DNA of 64,000 nt from Octopus sinensis (lineage: Eukaryota): the NCBI RefSeq assembly GCF_006345805.1, contig NC_043006.1, positions 56,172,001-56,236,000 on the forward strand, in the 5' to 3' direction. The notes beneath the pieces are model-generated. The model was given only the letters and a program-made list of their open reading frames with translations. It searched no databases and was not told the DNA's origin. Shown here piece by piece: positions 1 to 13,371 of the stretch. The position numbers and the translations under genes are program-made. Positions within the stretch are counted from its first letter, which is position 1. Each line of letters begins with the position of its first letter.

Positions 1-285
1 AAAAAAAAAAAAGATTTTCAAACGTAAATTGCAAGGCTTTCTCTAGGCTTGTATATATACAAGACTGGAGATGAAGATAAAAAGTTGGTCATTTCTCTAA
101 ACAATTATGGTTTCTGAAGAATTTATAAACAGTTATGAACTTATTTTAGTGCCTAATTTCAACACTTCTGTGTAAACACACAAAGCCTAGCATTTTACTT
201 TCAAAAATCTTTTTTTTTTAAAAGTGAAACCGGTAAAGCCAATAAACTTGTTTAAAAGACCTGTGCATTTTCAAATCCTCTCCCC

Positions 286-345
286 ATATATTATATATAT
301 ATATATATATAATATATATATATATATTATATATATATATATATG

Positions 346-390
<45 letters not shown>

Positions 391-410
391 GTGTGTGTGT
401 GTGTGTGTAT
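286..410. repeat. (TA)n/(TG)n compound microsatellite
   Basis: Visible dinucleotide runs; source of the YIYI/VCVC pseudo-ORFs at 218-566. Confidence 0.95.
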
Positions 411-1020
411 AGGTGTACATATATGTGTGTGTATGTAAGTATACATACATACACCACACGTACATACATACATAATTGAATTGTATGACGAATAATTATC
501 TGAAAGTGGAACGCTTACAAGATTTAATAGCACACGCACACACACAACACACACACACACACACATATATATATATTACGTTTTTTTTTTTTAGATCTAA
601 TTCGATAATGAATGCTAGTAAATAACAAGGAGAGAAAAGCATAGATGCATACATACGTACATACATACAATTCCAATAAAAGCGTCATGTTTCGAGATCA
701 ATAAGCAATATTCTCTCTTTGTTATGTGTGTGTGTGTAGGTGTGTGTATACGTGCGAAGGCGAGTGACACGCTAGTTAGGATGTTGAACTCACGATCGTA
801 ATATCGTAGTTTCGATTCGCAGACCGGTGTTGCGTTGTAAACTCAGTTTTGCTCACACATCACAATATATCAAACAAAATTTCAATCACGCACACATATA
901 TACTCGCAACACATACATACAAACACATACGTACACACATATATACGCATGAACGCTATTCCAATCTTTAGTAGTGAAATTCTGCAATTAAAAACTCTAG
1001 AGGCACCGCTTATACATTGT

Positions 1021-1262
1021 GATCACCGTGACCGACCAGGCTATCAGATGTTGCTACACATCGCTAGTCACAATGCGCTTCGCATTGTTTTAGCCTTCAA
1101 ATAACGCCACCCCGCTGGCTAAGTGAGCAGGCGTGAGAGAATGTTGTGGCGAAAGAGTACAGCAGGGATCCCCAACACCCCTGCCGTGGCTCGTGGAGCT
1201 TGAAACCGTGATCCTACGACCGCGAGTTCGCTGCTCTAACCTCTGGGCCATTGCGCCTCCAT
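1021..1262 (-). mobile_element. tRNA-derived SINE (internally deleted) with 12-bp TSD
   Basis: The minus strand begins with a tRNA-like head (TGGAGGCGCAATGGCCCAGAGGTTAGAGCAGCGAACTCGCGGTCGTAGGATCACGGTTTCAA). Flanked by the direct repeat CTTATACATTGT at 1009-1020 and 1263-1274. Confidence 0.75.
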
Positions 1263-1397
1263 CTTATACATTGTATCTGTATCTATATACGTATCTTTAG
1301 ATGTGAATCTTCTGTTTGAGAATACCGCCAACCCTATAAATTGTTGAGTCAGGGGTTGAGAAAGCCAGAGAAATTTATGTCATTTATTTATGTCATT

Positions 1398-1685
1398 GTG
1401 GATGCACATGGGTTAGTGTTTAGAGCAGCGGACTCGCAGTCGAGGCATCGCGGGTTCGAATCTCAGACCGGGCGTTGTTTTTGTTTATGAGGAGAAACAT
1501 CTAAGCCCCACGCGGCTCCGGCAGGTAATGGTAACTTCTGCTGACTCTTCGCCCACAACTTTCTCTCACTCTTTCCTCCTGCATCTTGCAGCTCACCTGC
1601 GACGGACCGGCATCCCGTCCAGGTGGGGAACCTATACGCCAACGAAACCGGGAAACCAGCCCTTATGAGCCAGGCATGGCTCGTT
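1398..1685 (+). mobile_element. tRNA-derived SINE, related to the 1021-1262 and 5115-5295 copies
   Basis: Head with A/B-box-like sequence (..TTAGTGTTTAGAGCAGCGGACTCGC..GGGTTCGAATCTC). Body is shared with 5115-5295 (ACAACTTTCTCTCACTC). Contains the motif CTGCGACGGACCGGCATCCCGTCCAG, also seen in the 63721-63900 copy. Confidence 0.7.
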
Positions 1686-2178
1686 ACTATGGTCATCGAG
1701 TGAAATCAGCATGACAGTGCGTGAAAAGACTGGTTGTTTGAATTAGTGTCACGGACTGGCCACAGCAATGATTTTTATGAACCCAATTCCAATAACAAAA
1801 CATTAGTTTACGTAAGGTTATGACTAATACATTTGCTGAAGGTCTTACATAGTGAGATCGAACACGTGATTACATATTTTTAAAACTAACTTGGCAACCA
1901 TTTGGTCGTGTCATGGAAGTAGGCGTGGCCGTGTTGTTAAAACGTTCATTCCGCAGTTCGTGTCACATCGGGCAAGTAACGTTGATTATATCCTTGGAAC
2001 AACCAAAAGGCGGCGAGCTGGCAGAAACGTTAGCACGTTGCCTTAAAAAGTACGAAACTAGAGTTGAAAAATGCGCACGCTCAAAAGATTTACAGAATGT
2101 AATAATAAACGTTAAAATGTATGGAACTAGTATTGTTGCTCAAACATATTGGAATCACTATATGTTGTACATTATTAA

Positions 2179-2401
2179 GGCGGCGAACAGGCAGAAACGT
2201 TTGCCCGCCGGGCGAAATGCTTAGCTGTATTTCGTCTGCCGTTACGTTCTGAGTCCAAATTCCACCGAGGTCGACTTTGCCTTTCATCATTTTGGGGTCG
2301 ATAAATTAAGTGCCGGTTCACTGGGGTCGATGTGATCGACTTAATCCGTTTGTCTGTCCTTGTTTGTCCCCAATGTGTTTAGCCCCTTGTGGGTAGTAAA
2401 G
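2179..2401 (+). mobile_element. SINE family A (GGCGGCGAGCTGGCAGAAACG.. head)
   Basis: Highly similar to 49610-49830. Degenerate copies at 7331-7470, 18500-18700 (-), 47432-47584 and 60325-60498, and a 5' stub at 2009-2037. Confidence 0.8.
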
Positions 2402-3016
2402 TAATATATATTCTTGAAACAACCCAAGATTTGTGAGTGAAATTTTGAAGGCAAAAACCGTAGAAACCCTTCCAGCGGACTGGTGGTTCCCAACCGTTTA
2501 CAATGTCCGCACCCCTAAACGTTTTTTACGGTGTCTTTGCACTCCTTACACAATTGATTATTTATTTAACGATAAAGAATGTGAACTCATCCTAAATTTG
2601 AGTAACATATATTATCTAGTTTTTCAATAATATGTTAACAAAAACGAAACATATGGTCAAGAAAAATATAACAAATTAAAATAAATCAAAATGTTATTAC
2701 AGCAAACTTATTTTTACAAAACAAAAAATCGAAAGAACGTTCATGAAGGAATTTAAATTTAATGACACTTTTGTTCCTGTTTCTTGATTATGAGGTATTT
2801 AAAATGTGACACTATGTTGATGATAGCAATCCGCATGAATAGACTGTACCTTTAATTCGATGTCACTATGCGACACGCAGATTCTCACCAAGGATTACAT
2901 TAATGGTACACATCGCTGTGGAATAGCTGTCATTAATTATCCAGTTCATATATCGGAGCAATTGGAGCATCATCGAATGCAACAGAGAGCCAGTTACGAA
3001 GTATTGAAGCAAGCAA

Positions 3017-3134
3017 GTATGTATGTATGTATGTATGTATGTATGTATGTATGTATGTATGTATGTATGTATGTATATATATATAATCATATAGACATAC
3101 ATACAAACATACATACAACACATATGTAAACACA

Positions 3135-3215
<81 letters not shown>
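3017..3215. repeat. (TATG)n/(CA)n/(TA)n compound microsatellite
   Basis: Visible runs. Confidence 0.95.
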
Positions 3216-3218
<3 letters not shown>

Positions 3219-4193
3219 CACACACATACAGTATTTTATACATACTAAATAGAAACCAATTAATCATTTTATTAATTAGATAAAACGACAATGTCAGTAT
3301 TGAGTGGTGTAAATAATGGAAGTTTCACGAAAACAAAACAAAAAGGTCCAAAATAACATGAAAGCGAAGACAGTGGATGTGAATGAAGCCAGTATTCTTC
3401 CCTGGAAAGGCCAAATATTCTGTGATCCACTTGGTAGTGAAAAATAAGAAGGAATAAAGCAGTCATCGTTATACTGTGTAACAAAATATTATTTTCAGTT
3501 TTTGTCTTTGGTCAATAAGTGTCATTTTCAATTTGCCTCTTCAAACTCTGCTTTTATGACCTGGACACCAATGTTTTGAAACTGACCTATTTTCCATTAT
3601 ATTTCAGAGCGATTCAGCGCTGACTTACTGAAATAGTAATATCGTTGTAATAAATATTCTGCTCAATACCACAGATTAGCTTGTTAGGTGCTTGACCATA
3701 ACCACTTGAGCATGTCCCTAAGTGACTGACAATATGTGCATTTCTGATAATGAGCAGGAGTAGCAAGGGGGCATCATAGCCATGTGTAGAGAGAGATTGT
3801 TTGGGGTTTGAAAAAATCTAAGAAAGGTAAAGTTTGAATGAAATATTAGCCCTTTTTCATACTTTCTAGGAGTAAGCAAATAGGAAATAACAGTTATTAC
3901 CCAAATACAAAAATCATGTTACAGTGTAATTAGCTCCGTTCAAACTTTTCCACTTTGTTTCTTAGTACAAATATATCTCTCGCTCTGTTGTCTTTAGAAA
4001 ACGAAGTGACTGGATGCTGTGCAGTGATATTTGCATTCGACAGTATTTATTGCCTCCGGATGTGTGGACATCAAAGGACAAAATTTTATTGTTTCCGACA
4101 ATTTGGATATATTTGTGCAAACAGACTACTAATGACAACCATTTACACTTACATTCTTAGATACGTACACAAATACTCTGATAAGTATCTTAA

Positions 4194-4242
<49 letters not shown>

Positions 4243-4355
4243 ATATATATAAATATATATATATATATACACACACAAACAGTATTGCTAGTGTCTTTAA
4301 ACTCACACGCATATTTATCCTTACATATTCACACACATTTACATGCATATACACG

Positions 4356-4417
<62 letters not shown>

Positions 4418-5114
4418 TATATGTATATGTATAAATACATATACATACAGATATATACATATATTTGTATATATATCGTCCGTAAACATCAATCCGAAAA
4501 AAGAAGCAGATTCTAAGTTATAGAGCAGTATATATTAAAATTAGATAAGGCCGGTTTATGGGATTACCTTAGGTTTCACGTCCATCATCGGCTTGGCTTT
4601 ATGAAGTATTATCAAATACTAAAACTTGTTGGCTGCCCCAACATCCGTAGAAGGAAGCGCCACAAAAATATCATTTCGTTTGCACCCCCACTTCTCTCTG
4701 AACGTAAAAAGAAAACGTTTCTATGTAGGATATTCCTTAAGTTAATAGATAAACAGTTCACTAGTTTGCAGAGATAGGGACGCATTTTCAGCAGGCACAA
4801 CTTTAGGGTCTCTTTTAGCTGTGCCCCCAATATTAAGAACATTCTAGTTAGCACCCCTATACCACGAGCGGAGGCAGAATATTTTTGGAGGGACCGCAAT
4901 AAATGTGGAGTGAGTGGCAACTGTAAAACCAAGGGAGACGTCCATGAAGCCGAGGTACTGGCTGACCCTAGCAGCAGCAGCAACAACAACAGCAGCCCTC
5001 TTAACGTTGTCCGCAGTAGCAGGGGCGAAAGAACCAATAGTACTATCAGCAGCAGAAATGCGAAGGTAACCAACGACAGCAATGGTAGTACCCATAACGA
5101 CAACAGCAGCATCA

Positions 5115-5295
5115 GTGGAGGTGCAATGGCTCAGTGGTTAAGGCAGCAAACTCGCGGTCGTAAGAACGCGGTTTCGATTCTCAGACGGGCATTGTTAGTG
5201 TTTATTGAGCAAAAACACCTAAGCTCCACGAGGCTCAGGCGGGGAGGGGTGGTGAACCCCGCTGTACTCTTTCATCACAACTTTCTCTCACTCAT
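5115..5295 (+). mobile_element. tRNA-derived SINE nested in the PLE
   Basis: GTGGAGGTGCAATGGCTCAGTGGTTAAGGCAGC..GGTTTCGATTCTC head; homologous to the 1398 and 1021 copies. Confidence 0.7.
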
Positions 5296-6058
5296 TCTTT
5301 CTACTTCTGTCACAAAGCAGAGGAACCGTGGTGTAACCCACTAAGGTGTGGTAAACTTTCAGACCCTAGTCTAGATTGCGAATCCTCTGTACCCCAGGAC
5401 GGTTCAGCTCTCCACCCGTTCAAAGCCACCGTTTACGGAATGAGATAACAACGTAGATTTCGTGCCTGTGCAACTGCCAGTCTATCGCGTGTGGTGGGTG
5501 GATCTTCAAGTTGGTCGCACGCATTCTTAATAGCTTAGAGTAGGCTCGAATTAGAGATTATTCTTTGTGGCTAATAGCGTGAGTCCTGATTGGAAGAAGA
5601 AGAAGAAGAAGACAGCAGCGTCATCATCAGCTTCCCTAATGGCTACGTCTACAGCAGCAGGCCCGACAGTTCCAATAGCAGCAGCGGCAGTACCATCGCC
5701 AGCACAACATTAACAACAACGGCAGCAACGTCAGTATCCCTAACGGAAATAGCAGCAGAGACATCGCCAATGACATCTACAACAGCGATGACAACACCTT
5801 CATCAATGGCGATAGCTATAATAACAACAACGGTACCTATACCAACACCGGCAGTGGCAGCACCAACACCTTCACCACCTCCAATGACGCCAACACCAAC
5901 AGCGCCAGCACCAAGACCACCCGTACCAGCATTAGCAACGCCAGCACCAACAGCACCAACCAATATATCAGCTCTCCTGCCTAACTACCTTTGTCTAGAC
6001 AGCCGCCATGATTGACCGCTACTTTTTTTATTCTCTCCCTGTTTATTTCCTCGAGTTC

Positions 6059-6094
6059 CTTTCTGATGAAGAGCGTAGGCTGGAAATGTAAAAG
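6059..6094 (+). ncRNA. Minimal type I hammerhead ribozyme motif (probably mutated) in the PLE pLTR
   Basis: CTTT-CTGATGA-A-GAGC-GTAG-GCTG-GAAA-TG-TA-AAAG. Stem I is CTTT/AAAG. Stem II has one G-G mismatch, and stem III reads TG instead of the palindromic CG. Confidence 0.55.
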
Positions 6095-6182
6095 ACTTTC
6101 CCACCCTCCCGAGCGTTAAACTAATACACCTGTTTGTTGTTTATTCACCTGTCTTCGTAGTTTGTTTTTCCGTAAATTTGAA

Positions 6183-6262
<80 letters not shown>

Positions 6263-6281
6263 CGCATGTTTGTGTTTGCAT

Positions 6282-6314
<33 letters not shown>

Positions 6315-6660
6315 ATAGTGTACATTTAACGCAATAGAAAACTGCCTTCATCAGGCAGTTTTTACATGCTAGAAGAAGTACTCAAAACAACCGAAACTAC
6401 ATTTAAGAGCAATCTTGAAAAAGAATGAAAAATATATATATATGTGGTTCATTAAAAAAAAACCGGACAACAAGAAAAAGCACAACAACGTGAGGACGTA
6501 GCACATACAGAATGTTAATAAAACGCTCAGAAAGGAAAAGGGTATTTGTTTTACATTTCGAGCATAGCACTTCTTCGGAAAGAGGAAAAAGGGAAGTCCA
6601 ATGAATAGGAATAAGGAGGAAAATAAATCTCCAACATTCCAGGAGTAGTTATATTTTGGA

Positions 6661-6665
6661 ATGTT

Positions 6666-6697
<32 letters not shown>

Positions 6698-6862
6698 TGT
6701 ATGTATGTATGTATGTATGTACGTATGTATGCATGTATGTATGTATGCATGTATGTATGTATGTAAGTAAGTATGTATGTATGTATGTATGTATGTATGC
6801 ATGCATGTATGTATGTATGTATGTATGTATGTATGTATGTATGTATGTATGTATGTATGTAT
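6661..6862. repeat. (TATG)n tetranucleotide microsatellite
   Basis: Visible run. Confidence 0.95.
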
Positions 6863-7030
6863 ATTTTCTGACTGCTATACTGGTTTCACTTCTATGCTCA
6901 AAAACACATATTGCCATTCATCTTGGAACTTTGATTATCTTAGTGAACATATATTCAATTGTAAAGACAAAAGCATTACCGTTTTTGTTGTGTGGTAAGA
7001 AGTGTGCTTCCCAACAACATGGTGTAAAAC

Positions 7031-7228
7031 AGTCCTATATTTAGGAGAGGAGGAATTACGTACACTATTTACATCATTTACATTTGACGGATATTTGTCC
7101 TCATCTTATTATTATTATTATTTGAAAGACACCTAAGGAAGGCTGGAGGGTATATCAGCCGAAACGTTGTGTTGACAACAAACAAGATGAGGACGAATAT
7201 CCGTCAAATGTAAATAATGTAAATAATG
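7031..7228 (+). mobile_element. PLE pLTR fragment with hammerhead-like motif and inverted 3'-end copy
   Basis: GACAC-CTAAGGA-A-GGCTG..CAGCC-GAAA-CG-TT-GTGTT at 7128-7173; the core position G5 appears mutated to A. 7061-7107 is the inverted copy of 7184-7228. Confidence 0.6.
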
Positions 7229-8574
7229 AAGAAATTGTAAAGATAGAAAATTAAAATGTATCTCCCCACCCCCGCTTTAATTAGATATCCAGTAGGCAAT
7301 GGTTCCTACAATGTTAATATAATTCCATGAAGACGGCGAGCTGACAAAGCCGTTAGAATACTGGGCAAACTGCTTAGCAGCATTTTATCCGTCTTCACGT
7401 TTTGAATTCAAATTCTACCAAGGTCGACTTTGCATTTTATTCTTTCGGGAGTCGATAAAATAATTACCAATCAAACCCTAAAATGATGACCTTGTTCTGA
7501 AATTTGAAATAAATATAAAAAAAATTACAATGACAAGAATTGTAGAAATTGATTTTTCTGTTCAAGCAAGCGTTAATACTTAGATATAATTTTAGTTAGG
7601 ATGCTTGCATATGGGTTTGTTTCAGTTTGCATAGTAATGCATTTAAGAGTGCTTTTATGTTTGTACATGTATATCCGTATATATCGTTATGTGTGTGTTT
7701 ATACATATTTGTTTGTTTATGTTTAAGAATATATGCTGTTTCTTTTGTTATTGTTGCATGTATGTTCAATGCTTTGTATGTAAATATATTCGTACATATT
7801 AATGTCTCCTATGTATGTAAGCATACATTGTGTTTATGCTTAAATTGCCTTCGTCACACCTTCCATTGTATTTTGACGCTTTTAGTACCTGTGACCGTGT
7901 GGTTTCTCTTCTTCACATTTGCAACTGTACGCATGCATATATACTTTCTATGGGTTGCTATGTATATGTGTGTATGTGTGTGTGTGTGGCGGGGTGCAAT
8001 GTACATTTATATGTTTGTGTCATTTATGGATGTCTACACATACACCTACTCATATATGAGTTCCTGACTTTGGAGAAAAGAAAATACAGGAGGGTCAGCT
8101 AATTATGATTTTATTCAACATTCTCCCCTCTCAGATTCACGCATTTATTGGAGCAGTCCGTCAATTTTCTAGGCCCTGCAAATGAACTCTGAAGTTTTGG
8201 CCTCCAACAAGATCCTTTGAAATACCTTTAAAGCCAGAGACTTTTCAACACCCCCTCGTACGTTCTGTATGTATGAACATTTACGTATATGCATTACTGT
8301 GTATGTGTGCATGTGTGTACGCCTTTATATATATATATATATATATATCCTCACAAATCTCCTCACAAAGCTTTAAGTCAGCCCGAGGCTATAGTAGGAG
8401 ACACTTACCCACGTTGCACTTAATTTCGCAATTAAAGAATTATTGACGTTTGTCCCCAATAAAACAGCTGTTGGAAGGTCTAAATAATGATCTATCTTTA
8501 AAACTTGTTTTTCTGCCTTTTATTTTAAATAAAGATTTAAGTGTTTCCACACATACACACACACACAAACACAC

Positions 8575-9190
<616 letters not shown>

Positions 9191-9294
9191 GTGTATATCT
9201 TTAGTCATGCATTGAGGTGCAAACGGGCACACTCTAAATAGACTTAGTAAGGAGCTAATTCGCTCTCTTATCTCACTTGGCCTTAAAATGACAA

Positions 9295-9930
9295 TTGAGA
9301 TCAATCTTACTATATTCAACTTTTTGGGATGTTACACTAGATTTGAGTACTTGTTTATATTGGCCCTATCGGAAACGAAACGAAAGCCTGTCGTACATTA
9401 ACGCAGCCTCCTGCGACCCATCTATTGTGTTAAAGAACCTAGCGAAGTGTATCAGTAAGATGACTTCGACTCCTGTCCACAAATAAAGAGATTTTTGACG
9501 ATAAAGCCCCTATCATATTGAGGCGCTGGCAGCCAGCGGGTTTAAAGACAGCATCTCCTACAAAAGAAAACACCACCGTAAATTATTTTAGTTTGCCCCA
9601 TTCTCACTCAACATCAAGAGCTGCATGGGAAGGATATTCCTCAAATTAATAGACAAGTATTTCACGCAATCCTATGTCTTTGACGATTGTTCAATAGGCA
9701 AAAATTAAGGATCTCTTTTAGTTGTGCGTTCAGCACGAACAGCAGTAATGGCACCGATGCGATAGAAAGAGCAATAACAACAGCGGCTGCACCAGCAAAT
9801 AGTCTGGCTGTGACAGTAGTAATGGCAACGTTAGCGACAGCAAGATACGGAAACATATTGGGGTTACAGAGGGTCCCTTCAAGCGACGACTTAATAATCA
9901 CCGATCCTTTTTTAGGTTCCCTGTGAGGCG
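9295..9930 (+). mobile_element. Penelope-like RT C-terminal fragment (Hydra-clade-like), pseudogenised
   Basis: FWDVTLDLSTCLYWPYRKRNESLSYINAASCDPSIVLKNLAKCISK, then EALAASGF, GRIFLKLIDKYF and FNRQKLRISFSC, matching the PLE RT palm/thumb pattern. Same family as 4590-6182. Confidence 0.7.
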
Positions 9931-10550
9931 AAACGTTACGTCATTGACAGCTGCATATGGCGTTGAAAAGAAGAGTTTACACCATACAAAACTGAATAGA
10001 AGTTCCTGGAACTACCTGGGCCGTATCTTAACGGGAGCAGATGATGTAAACTTTGCTTGGGTGAGAGGGCAAGGCTCCTGAAGAACTCACTTGATCCTGG
10101 TGCCTTCTTAAACTTAAAAAGCTAAATATTCTGTCGGTGCCTTCATTAGAAGAAAATTGAATTGAACACTGAAAATTCCCAGCTTACCGACTAGCGAACG
10201 AAACCCGTTTTGGACGCAACTAGAAGCAGTTAAAGAGAGATAACTCTATGTTGCTCAGAAAGGATGGCGCTCTAGAATTCGTTTCGAGATTTTTTCACAA
10301 ACATGAATAAGGCTGTTTTCCTACCTCCAGTTATAGAGAAGTTATGCACTGCCAAAAAATTCTCTGGAATGTATTTTGTTTTTCGTATTCCTCCAACACA
10401 TTCACTTATTTCATATGCCCTAGGACGCGGAACACCATAGTTTGTTACTCCATACTTTTTTTTTCTCCGGTGTGAATCACACCTTTCTTAAAGGTTTTTT
10501 GAGATAAAAAAATAAAATTAAAAATTATCAACTACAAAAGTCAAAAGAAT

Positions 10551-10965
10551 ACTCTATCTTTTACTCTTTTACTTGTTTCAGTCATTTGACTGCAGCCATG
10601 CTGGAGCACCGCCTTTAGTCGAGCAAATCGACCCCGGGACTTTTTCTTTGTAAGCCCAGTACTTATTCTATCGGTCTTTATTGCCGAACCGCTAGGTGAC
10701 AGGGACGTAAACACACCAGCATCGGTTGTCAAGCAATGCTAGGGGGACAAACTCAGACACACAAACATATACACACACATACATATATATACATATATAC
10801 GACAGGCTTCTTTCAGTTTCCGTCTACCAAATCCACTCACAAGGCATTGGTCGGCCCGGGGCTATAGCAGAAGACACTTGCCCAAAGTGCCACGCAGTGG
10901 GACTGAACCCGGAACCATGTGGTTGGTAAGCAAGATACTTACCACACAGCCACTCTTGCGCCTAT
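10551..10965 (-). mobile_element. SINE family B, full length (tRNA head, internal (TA)n, LINE-like tail)
   Basis: Head TGGCTGTGTGGTAAGT..GGTTCCGGGTTCAGTCCC and tail GCGGTGCTCCAGCATGGCTGCAGTCAAATGACTGAAACAAGTAAAAGAGTAA. Closely similar to 46415-46830 and 60606-61040. Confidence 0.85.
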
Positions 10966-11260
10966 ATAAGAATTATAAATAAGAAACTAAACAATAATTC
11001 TAAATTCTAAATCCGAAACTAAACAATAATTAGCCAACACCATTACTAAAAACAACTTCCTCTGTACGCAAGTTGTGCAACGAAAACACTTACACACAAA
11101 ATACACTGTACGTAATACAAAATACACACTATGTACAAACTTCTTTCGAAAAGGTTCATGATATTCAGTTAAATAAAATGAAATTAAATATTTAACAACT
11201 TTTACTGAAATATGAAGTTTGTTAGTGAAAATTGACAATCTCAGCCAAAGTAAATTTTTA

Positions 11261-11261
11261 C

Positions 11262-11335
<74 letters not shown>

Positions 11336-11368
11336 CTCTATCTATCTATCTATCTATCTATCTGTCAT

Positions 11369-11428
<60 letters not shown>

Positions 11429-11452
11429 GCTAGCTATCTATCTATCTATCTG

Positions 11453-11513
<61 letters not shown>

Positions 11514-11525
11514 TCATCTATCTAT
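11261..11525. repeat. (TATC)n/(TGTC)n microsatellite
   Basis: Visible run. Confidence 0.95.
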
Positions 11526-11534
11526 CAGTGTCCC

Positions 11535-11900
11535 ACTGAACTCGTTAGAGCTGAATGCATATAAACATCTAGTGCTGGTTTCCTGACGTATGCCCTAACA
11601 TGGATAACAACTTCATCTTTTAAAAGTGTAAAGCAATAGTAGATTGTTCAAGCGAGACTATCTCTAGACATTCTACCAAGTAGAGCTTCAACATATAACA
11701 GTTATTTTCGGGTGTTACGTTTCTCCATTTCATAAGTAATTCGAATTTTGTCAAACTGCAGATTATTGTTCCTAATTATGGATACTGTTCATTTCTATTC
11801 AGTGTGAGATGCTACCAATGAAGAGTGCTAATGTTCAAGAACATCGTGACACGGTTAAAATTCATTATTTTCTGATGGTCTTGTTCTGAATGAGTCACAA
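11535..11900 (-). pseudogene. Possible highly decayed piggyBac-type transposase fragment
   Basis: The minus strand gives NNLQFDKIR, then DE(-)LLSM and a frameshifted YMHS-(K)PNEF, resembling the RFD..R / DEQL / YMPxKPxKFG motifs. Weak. Confidence 0.3.
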
Positions 11901-12089
11901 GAAAGCAGTGGTCAGCTGACATTAAATCGTGATCAAGAGTTATAAACCTTTGTGATCTAGGTCTGAAATTGTCCAGTTTAAACAGTTCATCTGTTGTTGA
12001 TAACAGACAACGTTTTCTTGATTACAGTCGTTAAATACATGAACAATAATTACAGTAAAGTATACGAAGAAAAAAGTTGGCATAAGCGT

Positions 12090-12950
12090 ATCCTGTATGA
12101 ACAATAATTACAGTGAAATATACGAAGAATAAAGTTAGCTTATGTGTACCCTCTGTGATACCATTGTTCGGTAAAATCGATTCCGACATAGCATCATTTG
12201 TGTTAAGAAGGTCTTGATAGCACAGTGTGATCGGACAAAAAAATGAACACATTTAAGTGGGCACATTAATTTCCCCAAAACTCTCTACTGTACAGTTCTA
12301 TTCATTGTGTGAAAGGCTGTCGTTAGACCAATAAAAACTCGTACCTTTACCAGATTTTAATCTACATTGAAGCAGTGAGGCAATGATGAAGCGTATGTAT
12401 GCCTGCAGTCGATTCACTGAAAGTCTGGTGAATATCTTGCCACAAAGGAGATCCCACAAAAGTTATCACTGACGGACTTGGTACTTTTCCCTTGTACAGT
12501 GAAATAATTTTAGCATCACTTCAATCTGTGGAACTGGTAAGCATTCCATATATTGACAGTTCGTGTTGTCACAATGTCAGCCACTATATTACCACTATGC
12601 TGAATACTTCCTAATGGTATATCTCCAGATAGTGGGATTTTCCTACGTTGGTGGTCTGTTTAACATCAAAATTTGACTTCCTCTATGTCAGAATTATTAG
12701 CCACTCCTTAAATAACAAGGGGTTACGATAGACGTTTTTATGACTTTATCCTCTATTTTGGGTGGATTGTGAAAAGATCTGTCAAAAAAGAAAAAAAGCT
12801 CCACCCAGCTCTTCAGAGTATATTCATTATTACTGATTAAAAGTAGATCCATCGATAGCTGAATGAGACAAAGTATTAATATTTGTTTCAACAAACTAGA
12901 TATTGTTTTGGAGTCGTTTTTGAGAGAGCCAGTTGAATATCGATGGATAG
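12090..12950 (-). pseudogene. RTE-clade LINE reverse transcriptase remnant
   Basis: Minus-strand fragments DAKIISLYKGKSTKSVSDNFCGIS, FIGLTTAFHTMNR..VLGKLMCP and NGITEG..LTLF match the RTE RT motifs (YKGK..DNYRGIS, DLTKAFDTVNR, NGVKQG). Confidence 0.6.
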
Positions 12951-13371
12951 GCTCGACCACAACGCATTCTTCATTACCCTCAGTTATCTCCCCAATTATC
13001 TCTCCAATAATTCCTCCCTCTCAATTGATTCTGACACTTTTCACTTTTCATTACTCAACACCAGTTGTTTCTGTAACACTTCAATCTCCACCGCTCCACC
13101 AATTCTGTTACTCTTCACTCATAATGCGGCCAATTTTCTGTCTAGTCATACTCACCGTCCCTCAACAACTCTTGTCACCCTTCACACTAATTCACTCTGC
13201 TGTTTGTCACCCTTCCTCTTCTACAAGTCAACTGCTTTTAATACAGTTCTTCATCCATTAGACTCTACTCTACTTTTCCTGTTAAACTTTAGCCGCCATT
13301 ACTATAGTATTATTGTAACCAATTGTTTCTCTTATCCTTCACTTTCCATCTTGTTTTTGTCACTTTTCATA

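Larger units (their letters stand above)
4590..6182 (+). mobile_element. Decayed Penelope-like element (Hydra-clade-like): RT thumb, GIY-YIG remnant and pLTR
   Basis: Plus-strand translation gives KNIISFAPP..RIFLKLIDKQF..IFSRHKLRVSFSCAPNIKNIL, then RDRNKCGVSGNCKTKGDVHEAEV (start of the endonuclease, EN) and a later LEE..IISFP (EN C-terminus). The pyrimidine-rich 3' region carries a hammerhead-like motif at 6059-6094. Confidence 0.7.

Noticed and set aside
5590-6015. Thr/Pro/Ala-rich mucin-like ORF
   Set aside because: It begins in the PLE endonuclease C-terminus and runs through a low-complexity tract into the pLTR, so it is TE-derived.
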